From positions 558,001 to 622,000 of the forward strand of contig OZ237742.1 in the NCBI GenBank assembly GCA_965178125.1: DNA of 64,000 nucleotides. The letters are read 5' to 3'. This DNA is from Bilabrum cf. latius. Its lineage: Eukaryota. A program made the translations under genes and the position numbers. The notes under the pieces were generated by a model that did no database searches, had not been told where the DNA came from, and saw only the letters and a program-made list of their open reading frames with translations. Shown here in pieces: positions 1-12,100 of this stretch; the first letter of the stretch is position 1; each line of letters begins with the position of its first letter.

Positions 1-2651
1 AAAATGCCAGGGCATGTGACAACGAATCCGCCGCTTTGGAGGAAATAGGCAATCCCAAGCGACTCCCCGAGGGATACCAAGTCGAACGCGATTCGCACCG
101 GCTTGCACGCTTCCGGAAACATGCGGTTGTAGATCCTGCTGGCAGCGACGACACACCCGACAGCCACCGGGCGGCTCTCGTTGAACATTCGAGACGTGCC
201 GGGGGCGTCATCGACGATTGCCCCCGACGTGAAGGCAACCAAGTAGTCGCGTGGCAACGGATCTGTCAGCTCCAGCCCTTCTGCAGCTACCGGGCTAGTC
301 TGCTCGGAGCCGTTCCCAGCACCACCACGGCCAGCTGTGCTCGAATCTGGCTCGGCACTGCCTGCGCTCACAGCAGCTGCAGAAGACGAGGATGAGGAAG
401 TGGAAGTCACCGCGAGAGAGCGGCCATGGCCATGGCCTGCTGCTGGCGCACTCTTCGCCACCAGGGGCTGCAAGGCGTAAGGGAGGATGGAGAGGGCCCC
501 GATCTCGATGTTGCCACCCACAGGCTCCTCCGCACTGTCTCCTGCCCCGCGAGTTCGGGTCCGGGAGTCTGTGCTCCCGATACTGTCCTCGCTGAGACCC
601 AGGCCGGCGTGGTCGATTGCTAGGTGCTCGATGCCAGCCGTCAGATCTTGATCGGCGGAAACCAGGCCGCTGCCTCTAGACTGAGACGATCTCTCGCTGG
701 AAGGCTCAAGGGACAGACTGCCCATCGACTTCATTTTCCGCAGCACGCCGAGACGAACACGAACCACCACACGACTGCCGTCCCCGAGCCCGGTCGGCTG
801 GCCGTTCTCTCCGATCGAGCTTCTGGCCTGCAGAGCGCCAATGGCAGCACTCGCGGCTTTGCGCCTCGCATGACTGCTGCCACTCCCAACAGCAGCGTAG
901 GCCTGAAAGTCCTCACCTTCATCTTTGCGCCTGTAGGCAAGCACTTTGGCCTCCCAGGTGCTTGGAGGTGTGACCATCAAGATCTGCCTCCAAAGCGTTG
1001 GCCTGGGCGCTATCAGCCGTGCAATTTTCTTTTCAGACAGAGAGTGCCATGGTCCTTCTCTCGTGTCGCTTCCAGATGGGGCTGCGCCGGTTTCAGTCTG
1101 CTGCTCGTCCCCCCGGTCCTCTGCAGCATCGACGATAAGGCTACCAAGCATTCGGTCCATCGCGCCGCTGCCGGGCACGCAGTGCTGAAAGCCAGCGACG
1201 TGATTCCTCATTCTTGCACCGAGTGACTAGGCGTCAGGTGATTGCCACGCATTGCGATTCTGTGAAAGCTAAGCGCGGTTCCACCGCTCCGCCAGTGCGT
1301 GCTCTTCTGTTCCCCGGTGCAGGCCAAAGGCAGCCCGCAGGTCCTCAAGCAGCGATCCGATGCGGTGCAGCTGCAGCTGCTAGAAGGGCCACCAGCCGTC
1401 CTTTTCCCGCTGGAAAGAATCGATCGAGTCGTCCTGGCGTCTTGTCTCCAGGAGGCCGTGCAGCGTCGATGTCTTGACATGGTGCCCCCGACGAGCCCGC
1501 CCGGCACCACGCCGAACTGACCGCCTACCGTCACCGCCTTCGTCAACTGAGTCACTGTCGGAGTCACTGTGCTCGCTTGTATCGTCCTATTCATCATCAT
1601 CTTCATCCTCGTCCTCATCCTCGTCCTCGTCCTCATCAACCCCCCGCATGGCAGGCTGGCCACGAGATCCCCGCCCACTCCCCCGCCCTCGCCCTCGCTC
1701 TCTCTCTCGTCTGGTGGACCCAGTCGTCTCCTAGCCCCGGCGAGAGCCGCGGTGCCTTCGACGGTTGGACGCCGTGCGAGGTTTTGGGTGGGGCGAGCTC
1801 GATTCCGAATCGGTCGACGCGTCCTCACCACCATGCGATGCAGCTGCCGTCCCTGTGTGTCGCCTGCTGTTGGTCGCATGCAGTGGCATCCCCATCAGAT
1901 GCAGAGGGTCATTCTTGTCCCCCAAAGCGCCCACAATGCGGCGATCCGCATCCATGGCAGCATCCGCGGGTAGGCCGAGCGTGGTGCGCATCGATGCTGC
2001 GTCGGACGATGTGCGGGTGGTGATCGCGCCACTGCCAGGCTGAGGCTGGCTGCCCCAGCGAGCCGACTGACCTAGCACGATCGACTGTCGCTTAATGAGC
2101 AGCACGTGCTTGGACAGCATGGAAAATCTGCTATCATCAGACAGGCCCCCGAGAGCGTCCACGGCGGGCGCCTCACCGCCCTGCTTCGCCGCGCTGCCAT
2201 TGCTAGCAGCAGCACGCTCGTCATGCTTGCTGCTGCCGGTCTGGGCAGGCGCGGCGAGGCCATCATGTCGAACGTGCACCAGAGACAGGGGAGTAGATGT
2301 ATCTAAAAGTGATTTTGCGAGCATGTAGGGAGCCCATACGCGTTTCCCGCTTGACTCTTGAGTTGGACGCCACACGACCAATGTGGGAGGCAGATCTTGC
2401 GCTGGTGGTGGGCTCTCAGCGTCCGCAGGCTCTTGCAGCGTTGTCTAATCCTACATCTATTCATTTTGACCAGAACTATCGGCGTTTGCAACGCTAGCAT
2501 CTGCCCTGTTGGCTTCATCGACTGCTGTCGGCTGTGTAATTTCCCGACCACTCTGCTGCAAGGCGCGGTGGTTTTCGGAGGTATTCTCGCCGCTCTATTG
2601 TGAGCCAACCTCTAACACGTTTGGTGCCATTTCACCCTCTTGGGTAGACAT
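1..2651 (-). CDS. Hypothetical protein, 3'-truncated by the window edge, with low-complexity and acidic tracts
   Basis: One minus-strand frame (that of ORF 1731..2381) is open from ~2651 to position 1 if TAG is sense (TAGs at e.g. 1380, 1587, 1731, 2445, 2451, 2457, 2595). It has a DE-rich run at ~1580-1640. The start is uncertain; a cgcag acceptor near 2654 suggests a possible upstream exon. Confidence 0.65.
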
Positions 2652-3143
2652 TCCTGCGAAACAGAATGATTTGAAGCAGAATCCGAATCGCACGGTGCCA
2701 TGCACCGGTAGATCTGGCTACCTGGCGGTAACACATGCGACAAATCAAGTATGTAAGATAAACGTGCTTGGAATTGATTCACGCACACTTGGGTGCCACA
2801 CTTAATCAGAAACGTGCTGCAGAATGATGGACCCCCCCCGCAAATCTAATCTTCAAGCAACAGCAAAGGTTCGAATCTCACTGTTTATCGACAAACAGCG
2901 CCTAGAATTCAATCACAGTGATTGCCTCTGCGTGATGATTTGTCCGGTGGATAAAGGCTAGGCCAATTTGACGGTGCACGCGAGAGACCATGCACGATCG
3001 CATCAATGCGCGGCGCCGCCCCGGGCCAGACGGTGCGCTGCTGGTCGCAACAGACTTGATGCAACTTCTTGTTACTTCGATTGGCCTGCTGAGGTCTTCA
3101 CAAGGTTGTGCAATCTATCAGAGAAATATTTGCTGTCTCTTTG

Positions 3144-4682
3144 ATGCGCCCTTCAAGGGCACCCCTGGTGATTTAGGCTGTGGCTGTGATCACGTTTGCA
3201 TCCTCCGAGACACTTGCCAACCTGCCTGATAGTACACTGGCTATCACTGAAGTAGTGTACTCACAAGAAACTTAGTATTTGTTTGTGGGAACTCCATCCA
3301 TTACACGACTTCAGAACGGGACTTTGCTGGCATCCTACAACTATTTCAGCGGTGGGCCATCGCCAGAATGCAAACCTGGTCCTGAAGAAGCGCGATCGAA
3401 TGTCTCGGTCTGGGCGGTTGCGGATGAAATAAGCGCCTTAGCAACAGTGAGAGGGTACCCTAGTGATACTACATACGTCGTGGCCTCCCACGATGACGGG
3501 CAGTCCTGGAGCAGCGGTCCGGTGACCACGATACACCCCATCCATTTCACGACGATCCAGCAGCTTCCAGCCTTAACATCGACATCGTCTGGCGTGGCAG
3601 CTGGACCCCCCCTCGCAGCAGTGGGGACGACTCCTGGTGGAATCCGAGTTGCCCTGTCATACGACGGAGGCATGCAGTGGCAGTCGCAGCTCGTTGTAAA
3701 TGGCACATTTGACTCGGGCGCGACCCCAATCGTGGTGCACGGCGGGTACATGTACCGCGCCGTCGAGGCCAAAGTCGGCAAGGGTGGTTGGCCCGTGGAG
3801 TACCAGGCAGTGATGCTCCGCGGCCGCATCGAGGGCGGCTCCTACGACTCGCTGCTGACGCCGTCCAATTGGGTGGCCACGCCGCCCCTGCAGTTCCAGT
3901 ACCCGGCTTGGATCCCGCCGGCATGGAGACAGGTGGAGTGGTCTAAGCCAGGATATTTAGAGGGCAATGCTGTGGTGGGACCGGACGGCGTGACCATGTA
4001 CAACTTCTTGCGTGTGAACTCGCTGCCGTACGCCAACAAGGGCATCCTACTCAAGTACACGCCCCCGGCCTCGGACACCGACGCGTCTGCGTCTGCGTCG
4101 GGCGGGGGCGCGCTGTCATTCGATCGCGCGGTGGAGTTCCCCGGTGGCATGAGCAAGTTCAGCATCCGTCGGCTGGAGGGCCTGGCGCCGGGGGGCGGCC
4201 CGCTGTACGTGGTGCTGTCGAACAATGTGACGGACGTGGACTGTCCCAGCATGCGGGATGTGCTGACCGTGAGCACCAGCACTGATCTGGTGCAGTGGGA
4301 GGTGCACGGGGTGGTGCTGCATGATGACACGGGCTTGTCTCAGCAGGACGCGCATCGGTATGCGGGCTTCCACTATGTGGACGTGGTGGCAGAGGTGGTC
4401 GGGAGCTAGCAGCCCGATGCCAGTGCTATGAAAGGGCCGGTGTCGGAGGGCCATCAGCTGCGGGGCGGGGGCTCTGTGCGGACGTCTGTGGTGGAGCTGT
4501 CGTTCGTGGTGCGCACGGCGTACCGTGGCGCAGTGTCGTACCACAACTCGAATCGTATGACGTTCAAGAAGGTGAGGCTGGAGGTGACAACTGATGACGT
4601 CGAGAGCATCGTCAAGGTGAACTTCTCGAACGTTCGTTGTCCAGTGCTTGGCAACGGCCGCAATTCTAAGTTTCTTTGCTGA
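3144..4682 (+). CDS. Secreted BNR/Asp-box (sialidase-like beta-propeller) protein
   Basis: ATG 3144 gives a signal-peptide-like MRPSRAPLVI*AVAVITFASS. ORFs 3279..4409 and 4428..4682 share a frame joined by TAG, and the gene ends at TGA. Asp-box motifs are SHDDGQSW, SYDGGMQW and STDLVQW. Motifs LEGNAVV, FPGGMSKFSIR and YHNSNRMTF recall bacterial sialidase-like proteins. Confidence 0.8.
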
Positions 4683-4713
4683 ATTTTCTTTTCTCAAGTC
4701 TGCTTTTAGTAAA

Positions 4714-5393
4714 ATGGTATGTTTCTTTGCTGCTTGGTTCTCTGTGGGACATGAAGAGCTCGAATCTGCACTACAAGGGTCTATTTCGAATATTTCGCTT
4801 GGAATCGCAGGCATCCGCAGGAGGGTCTATAGGAGCGGCAGCTCAGCAGGCAATCGTAAGAAGGTTTTGTTGGTTCATACTTGCATCGCAGCACGTGCCG
4901 CGCTGCTACTGGTCTGTGCATTCCTGACGATGCAGTATTTACTGGTATTTGCTGTTCGCAGTAGCATGCTGGCGGGACAACTCAAGAAGAAGTCGCGGCC
5001 CAAGAAGCTAAACGAGCAGAGCAGGCAGAATCTCGACGAGTTATTCTGAAACAAGTCTTGACTGACGCTGCAAAGGCGCGAATCGCGAACATAGCGCTTG
5101 TAAAGCCAGCCAAAGCACGAGCTATTGAGGACAGGTTCATTGCCATGGCACAGCGAGGGCAAATTAAATCAAAGGTAACAGAGGAAGAGGTGAAGCGACT
5201 GCTGGAGACCCTATCGAAAGCGGATGAAACTACGAAAGTGACCGTGAGAATCGCGAAATCAAGCGGATTTGAACTGTGCTGTGCTGCCACCAAACGCTTA
5301 GGTCTTGCCTGCCACAATGTGTCAAATACGCAGATGAAGCGAAGAGTCATCGACGAAGAAGACGCTTTGGATGATGACGAGGACGACTTCTGA
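4714..5393 (+). CDS. PDCD5: Programmed cell death protein 5 (dsDNA-binding domain), 4 exons: 4714-4716, 4811-4855, 4962-5243, 5334-5393
   Basis: The core ILKQVLTDAAKARIANIALVKPAKARAIEDRFIAMAQRGQIKSKVTEEEVKRLLE and the acidic C-terminus are typical of PDCD5. GT-AG introns (donors gtatgt, gtaag, gtgag; acceptors cgcag) keep the frame. Stop is TGA. Confidence 0.9.
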
Positions 5394-6130
5394 GTGAGGG
5401 TTGCAGCAGGGCTGATGTTCGGAAGGGCGGGGGTTGTGTCCGAGAACCGCATTGAGTGCTTCGCATCGTAGCAGCACGGCTGAAACTTGCATGATCCTAT
5501 CCTGTCATCTTGGCTCTTTGTTGGCACGACAGCTCTCTTGTTTGTAGTATCCCCTGGGCCTTTCCAGTCACTTGCTCTGCTCATCGCAACACATTCATCG
5601 TGTCCCTGTTCTTGCGGATCCAGGGTCTAGGCCTAGGGAGGAGCTCGCACGTTCCGCTCGCAAATCTCGAATTCCCCGCCCCTCTCCTCACCCGATGACC
5701 CCCTCCCCCTGCTGCTCCAAGGCAAGGCAGTCCAGCGAACCGACCTGCCTGCCATTGGGCATCCTGGGCGCGATCCCCATATTGCACAGCATGCGGCGAA
5801 CATCATGCGCATAAATTATCCAATGGCTAATGAATGCTACTTAAGCAGTACTGGCCCCACAGTATAGGCATTCAGTGCTCGCTTGAAATCTTCGCTTCAT
5901 TTGGTTCCGCAATTTCGCGGCGTCGCTGCGCTGTTTGCGACCACGTGCGATCACTCAGCAAGAAGTGTTCGGGGGTACCTCTCAAGAAAGCTCCCGGTGC
6001 CTCTCGTTGCTATCCAAGTTTATTGTCTATTTAGTGGCAAGCTGCACGGTCTTGCGCTTTGCTCTGCCACAGGAGGGCAGCATCGCCTGACAGGGCCGTT
6101 CGTCTGATTCCTCCCGTCACTGCTGGAAAG

Positions 6131-9100
6131 ATGCCGCGGGGCCTACTATGCATAACTTTCCTGTCCATTCTCCACATTCAGGCCCAAAACATACGTAAGA
6201 CGTGATTGTCGACCCCTTCTTTGCATCTATACTTTGCGCATCAGCACAATAGTTAGCCCGTATGAAAAACCACGTCTGCACGGAGCTTTGTCGTTACTGA
6301 CGCAGTATTGACGCCAAACTATTTCATATTAGACCAAGACGATGAATATTCATCTCTAGGATACAGTGTATCTGCATCAGGGGGTCAGGTTGCCCATGGC
6401 AGGCGCGGCCTGGCTTCAGCGTACTTGCTGCAGAAGCCAGACGGCAAGGATCACCGAGATCTTGAGGCTGACCCTGAGCAGCTTGGCATTGCTAGCCCGG
6501 CTGGATTAGGACAGAAGCCTGGCGTGCTTGCATCAACGCGAGGCTCACTGGCCGCTTTTGGAGCAGACCGTGGTGTTGCCGTCGTGCAGGCCCGCGATGC
6601 GTCGTGCAGCAGCGAGGCGAGTTGTTGGCTTTCAAGGGGGCTGCTGAACAAAACCGACTTAGCTTGGAGCGTGCACCCTACCAGTGATGAGCTTAACAGC
6701 GTGGAGACCCGCGCTGTAGCGCTTGGCGATGGGATCCTAGCCATAGGACTTCTTGCAATCCACCCGGATTTCCAGTCGCAGCAGGCCGCAAGCAGCGGCT
6801 CCGACAAAGCAAAGGACGAAGATGTGTTTGTGTCTGTGTTCAAACTCATGCCAAGCATCCGATGTCCCGGGTCACCGGTCCACCCCTCCTCTGTTGACGC
6901 CAGCTTGGAGCGAACAGTCGCAGAAGCAGAACGATTCAGCGGTGCAGACAAGTGCTCTCTGCCGTTTCTAATGTCCATTGCGGACGCAGTGAAGGCAGTG
7001 GCTGACCCGATGGACCTAGATCTCACATCGGGCATGCCAGATGGCGTCAATGGCACTCTATCGGCCCAGGGCGCCGGAGCCGCCGCGGCGACGAGGCTCC
7101 GCAGCATGGCTTGGGCCAGGGTCTGGCACGGCACACGCATCGATGCATGGCCAGGTGCAGAACCCGTGCGGCGATCCGTGGAGGGCAGTGGATTCGGAGC
7201 CTCAATTGCTGTGAGGGAACACTTGGTCGCGATCGGCGCCCCTCTAGCCAACGAGGTCCACTTCCTCCGGGCTGCGCCTCACGGGGCCCTACTGCAGGAC
7301 GGCGACCCAGAGGCTGTCGTGCCCGAGCAGGAGCTTCCGTGGTACGATCCAGAGCAATCAAGCAGTGGGAACGCATCGGTTCCGTCGTCTGGGGATTCTA
7401 ATCAGCCGCACATCCCCAGGCATGTCGCTTGGAGGGGCCGGAGGTTCGGCGACGAGTGGACGCCAGCTGTGTCTCCCCTCAGGCTGACCTCTAGTACCGC
7501 ATTTGGCGGGGCTGATGGGACCATGGTCACAGGAGAGGAGAATTTTGGTGCTTCTGTGGCCCTGACCGAGCGCTATCTCGTGGTTGGCGCTCCCTTGCAT
7601 TGGGACGTGCGAACCCCTGCACCTGGCGGCAGCTGGGGTGTGGGCGGCATCAACTACGGCGCTACTTTCCTCTTTGACACGCCTTGGAGGTTCGCGAACC
7701 GCAGTAGCGACCTCCACGGGGTGCCTCTGTCCTCCTTTTTGAAGAGCCGCAACCACGTGCTGCAGGGCAAAGGCGCGTGGCTACCGGGTGGCGTATCCTC
7801 GGACAACAGCAAAGCCAGTGGCCCAGACGGCGACGAGCTCGAGCCCACGTACGTCCGCGGTCCCGGCCAGGGCTCGGCTGCTCAAGACCCTGTCCCGTTG
7901 CTGCTGGCAGGCAGCACGAGAGCACGGGAAGTGCTGGACCTACCCCTGGTTTTCATACGAAGACAGGCTGCTCCTGCCAGCGACAGCACCTGGGCCTAGG
8001 CCAATCTGACTGCACTGCCGGGGCTACCTACAGCTATACCTGGATTCATGAGCATCCCAGCAGGCTATGGCGCAAGTTGGGTGGACGCTGGAAAAACTGC
8101 AGACTCTCCACTGCCCGCAGTGTCCCTGGCAGGCGGCTCTTGGCGGGCGTGGAGCCCTCACACAGCTCTGCGGCCAGTGTGCCGAATGGCCGGTGCGTCT
8201 GTTGACGGACGCATGGGCACGGCGGTGGCAGCCGAGGACGATACGGACCCGGGGAGCCACTCGATGGGTAACACTGGCGTTGCTTGGGCCAGCCGTGTGC
8301 CCGAGCTGAGGTGGTCGGACGGGAACACCATGATTGCCATATCCGCTCCTCGCGTCAACCGCGGCATATTCGTGTCCGTGGATGACGCCACCGGAATCTG
8401 CACCATAAACCACCAGATCACTGGTTTCTCAATGGGTAGTGAACGTGATTTTGGGCTCTCCATGGCATCTGCGTCTGGCCTGACATACTTCGGGGCCCCC
8501 ACTGCACAGACCTCGCACGTGCGTCCGAACGGCAAGCCGGGCAGGCTGTACGTGATTGCTTACTGTCACCCAAACTTCCACATCCGGTGGCCGCCAGCAG
8601 TCAGTCACGTCCGTCAGTGCGACCCTTGTGCCTAGGGCAGACGGACTGGGGGTGGAATCCCAACCGGCACGGCCTCTTGCGCTCAGTGCTCAGTCGGCAC
8701 TCAAGACGGGACGAGGCCAGCAAGTGCAGCGTGGATGGGAGACGGAAGCGGATGCAGGTACAGCTGCGATCCAGGCCGGTTCGGCCCCCGCTGCGAAGAG
8801 TGCCCTGCGTACATGGACTCGGTCACCGACCTCCTCGCTGCGTCTGGCCTCCAGGAGCTGGCCCCAGTACTGCCGCCAAGGGCTAGCTGGGTCACCACCG
8901 CGGATGGAAAGTGCGGTTGGCAGTGCTGGCCCGAGTTTGAGCTCAATTTAAGCGCTTCTTCAGTCGCAGAGGCTTGCATTCGGCCTCCGCCCCCCGCTCC
9001 GGTTGATCGGTTGATTGCTATTTCTGCTGAGAGAGGTGGTAGTGTGAGGCTTGTGGTGGACATGCCAGAGTCTCCGCCCCGCGCATCCATCGTCGCATGG

Positions 9101-12100
9101 AAAGCTGAAGTAAGGGTGATCGGTGCGGCGGTTGGTTCAAGCGTGCCGCTGCCAGATGATGTGTTTCCTGGTGACGAGTTTGAGCTGCCAGGGTTCGCCC
9201 CGGACGGCGAGCCGTTCACAGGGGCGGATCAAGTCCAATATTTTACTGCTCTATCGATATCCACAGGTGGTGGGCCGCCAGTATCACCGCCCGAGAACCT
9301 GGTTGCTGTTGAGGTCCCAGGCTTGCGATCCATGGTGCAGTATAGGATCAAGCTGGCAGCTGGCAATGCGGGAGGCTATGCGGACTATGGCAGCGTGGAA
9401 TCACCGCTAGTGAACACAGAGGCGGCAGTTGCCCCTGGCCCGGCTGTCGGACTGGTGGCCAAACCGTTGTCCGGCGGGCTGTCCTCCATGTCGTTTGGGC
9501 TCGGCGAGCGGCCTGGGGGCGCACTAGTTGAACAGGTGAGAGTGTGTGTAGCTGCGGCATCGGGTGCATCCGACCCACCACTGAATGGCTCGGTGCTGTC
9601 ATGGCCTGGCGCTGAACTGGCAAGACCTGCTGGTCCTTGCGAGCGAGTCTTGATCTTTGGCAGCCGTTTGGCGCACGACTTTAACGGTCTGAGCGCCACC
9701 GAACCGCTCGCACCCGCGGTGCACCTATCGGATGAACCGATACAGTTCGAGTAGAAAACCACTGATCGGCTCGAAGTGGCTCTGCAGCTGCGTGCAACAG
9801 TGCTGCTCAGCGGGCTGGAGGCAGAGAAAGAGTATGTCGTCCGTACTATCCTCGTATCCAATGCAGGAGTGGGTACGGCATCGGAGTGGTCAGTTGCGTT
9901 CTAGTAGCCGCCAGTCACCGTTCCCACGGCAGTTCGAAATGTGTCTTGCTCGTCAGTACTGGGCGGCAGGATTCGCTTGAGCTGGAGTCCGCCGGTTGAT
10001 GACGGCGGCTTGCTGCAGCGATACTTAATTTCATATGGCGATGCCGCCGGTTGGGATGGGGATCAGTCGTCGCCGACGGTTTCGTCCTTCGGATTCGACC
10101 ACACAGTTCCCATTGATCCAGATGCCTTAGTGCATGAACTGTTCGGGGAGCATGTGGTGTCGAACCGCACGTATGCGATCCGTATCAGGGCGCAGTCAAG
10201 TGCCGGTATCGGCCCAACTGACAACGTTACGCTGGTGTGTACGCCTGGCGACATAACCCCGCCTTCAAATCCCGTGTCTGTTACCACCAGCAACCCAAGT
10301 GCCTCCACCGTGTTTGTGTCTTGGGGAAGCCCCCAGGACTTGGGCGGGGCTCCAAGAGAGGAAATGTCGTTCGTGGTGCTAGTGGGCCTGGCGCAAGAAG
10401 GAGACGGACCTGGGTTGCTGCTGCTGCCGCCTGAAGGCGATGTTGTTGGTGGCTGGGTAGCTGGGGAGACTGCCTCTCGATACATGCTAGTTAGTGGCCT
10501 CAACCACAGCACCTCTTACAGATTCGCAGTTGCAGCTGCAAACTCAGGGGGTTTGGGTCCATCATCTGAGATGTCTTTGCCTGTGTTTACTGGACCTGAA
10601 AGCGTGCCGGGGGCGCCTTCACGTCCCTTCGCTGGAAAGGTGACTGGAGGAGCCGTGTAGCTCGTGTGGGGGCTGCCCATTGAATCTGGCGGCTCGAGTC
10701 TTCTGGGTCAGGTGGTTGAAGCATCGAGTGATTCGATTCAGTGGACCACCGTCGGCCTTGTACATCCCAATGCCCAGCAAGTGGTCATTGGAAGACTAGA
10801 TGCCAGCACCCCCTACTTCTTTCGTGTCGCGGCGGTGGGCTCGTTGGGCACCGGGCCACCTTCCCAGCGCTCCCTTCGAGTTGATACGATGCCTGTGTCT
10901 CCACCCGGTCCTGCCAGGGTCCCAGATGTGGCCATCAGTTTCGAACGAGATTGTGCCGGACCTCACGTTGTTGTAATCGGTAGCGGAACTGTGCCATGCC
11001 CGCCGCGGAACCATAGCTCGCAGTCCCATGATACCGCCAACCCCTTGCGAGCTGTAGTGGTTGGTGGTGATGTCGATGCTGATGTGTTGCCGGCTTGGAT
11101 GCGAGTATCGCTTGCCTCTACGACCCCATCGGACGACACACCCTTGCCTGTACTAGCTTCAGGTACCCGCCCCGGTCCGTAGATTGCGCTTGAGATCATG
11201 GCACCTGTGGATGACGGCGGTGCGATGCCTGGGGGGGTCGCCGTGGTGGTTGCTGGTGCTCCTACTACTGTTCCCGTTGCTGGGCTCGACCCGATACAGT
11301 GCGAAGCACTGTCTCTTGCAGCGGTGAAAGTTGCTTCAATTGTGTCTGGTGAAAAGCAGGCTGCTCTTGCAAGGACGCTCTAGCCATACTTTGATGCCCA
11401 CAATGGGCAGTACTCCGCAGTTTTGATGGTGGCAGACAACGTAAGATCGTGCCCAGCGATGCTGCGGGACGCTTGCGCGGCGGAGCAGTCGTGGATCGGT
11501 GGCTCGATCATTCAGGGCAATCGGAGCGCAGGTGATGACCAGTTCGGGATGTCACCGATTCTGGGCTTGCGCATGGGAGGACTTTTGCACGGCTGGAAGT
11601 ACCGCCTGCGAGCTTCGGTTGCGTCGTCCGAAAATCAGCTTCGCACGCACCTAAGTGCTGCGGGCAATTTCTCCGAGTAGTCGCTGTCGTTCGAGGTAAC
11701 CCACGAGCTGGGCACGCAATTGCCCAGTCCTCCCGTCCCACGAGGTGTTGTGGCAAGATCGCTTGTGGGAGGTAGCATTACCATGCGCTGGCAGTGCGAC
11801 CCAGAAGCGGGGGGCGGGTCTTCCGTATCTGGATTCGTGCTGCTTGTTGCTCGATTTGATCACATGGTTGATAGCGGGGCACTGAACGATGCAGATCTGT
11901 CTGGTATGAGTGGTTCATCCGAGGAGCAGGTGAACAGCCCAAGCGTAACCATTGACAGCAGTCGTGTGAATTGGTGGGCCGCCGAACCCACGCTGCCAGG
12001 TGACTCCTCAACCGCGGACGATTTCCCGTCGTCGACTCGTCGAATGGAGCGCAGGCAAGGAGTCACAGCTGTGCGACTGTGGAAACGAGCAAACACTGGC

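Noticed and set aside
5400-6110. Short ORFs between PDCD5 and the giant gene
   Set aside because: No motif or convincing gene structure; ORF 4982..5584 is largely antisense to PDCD5.
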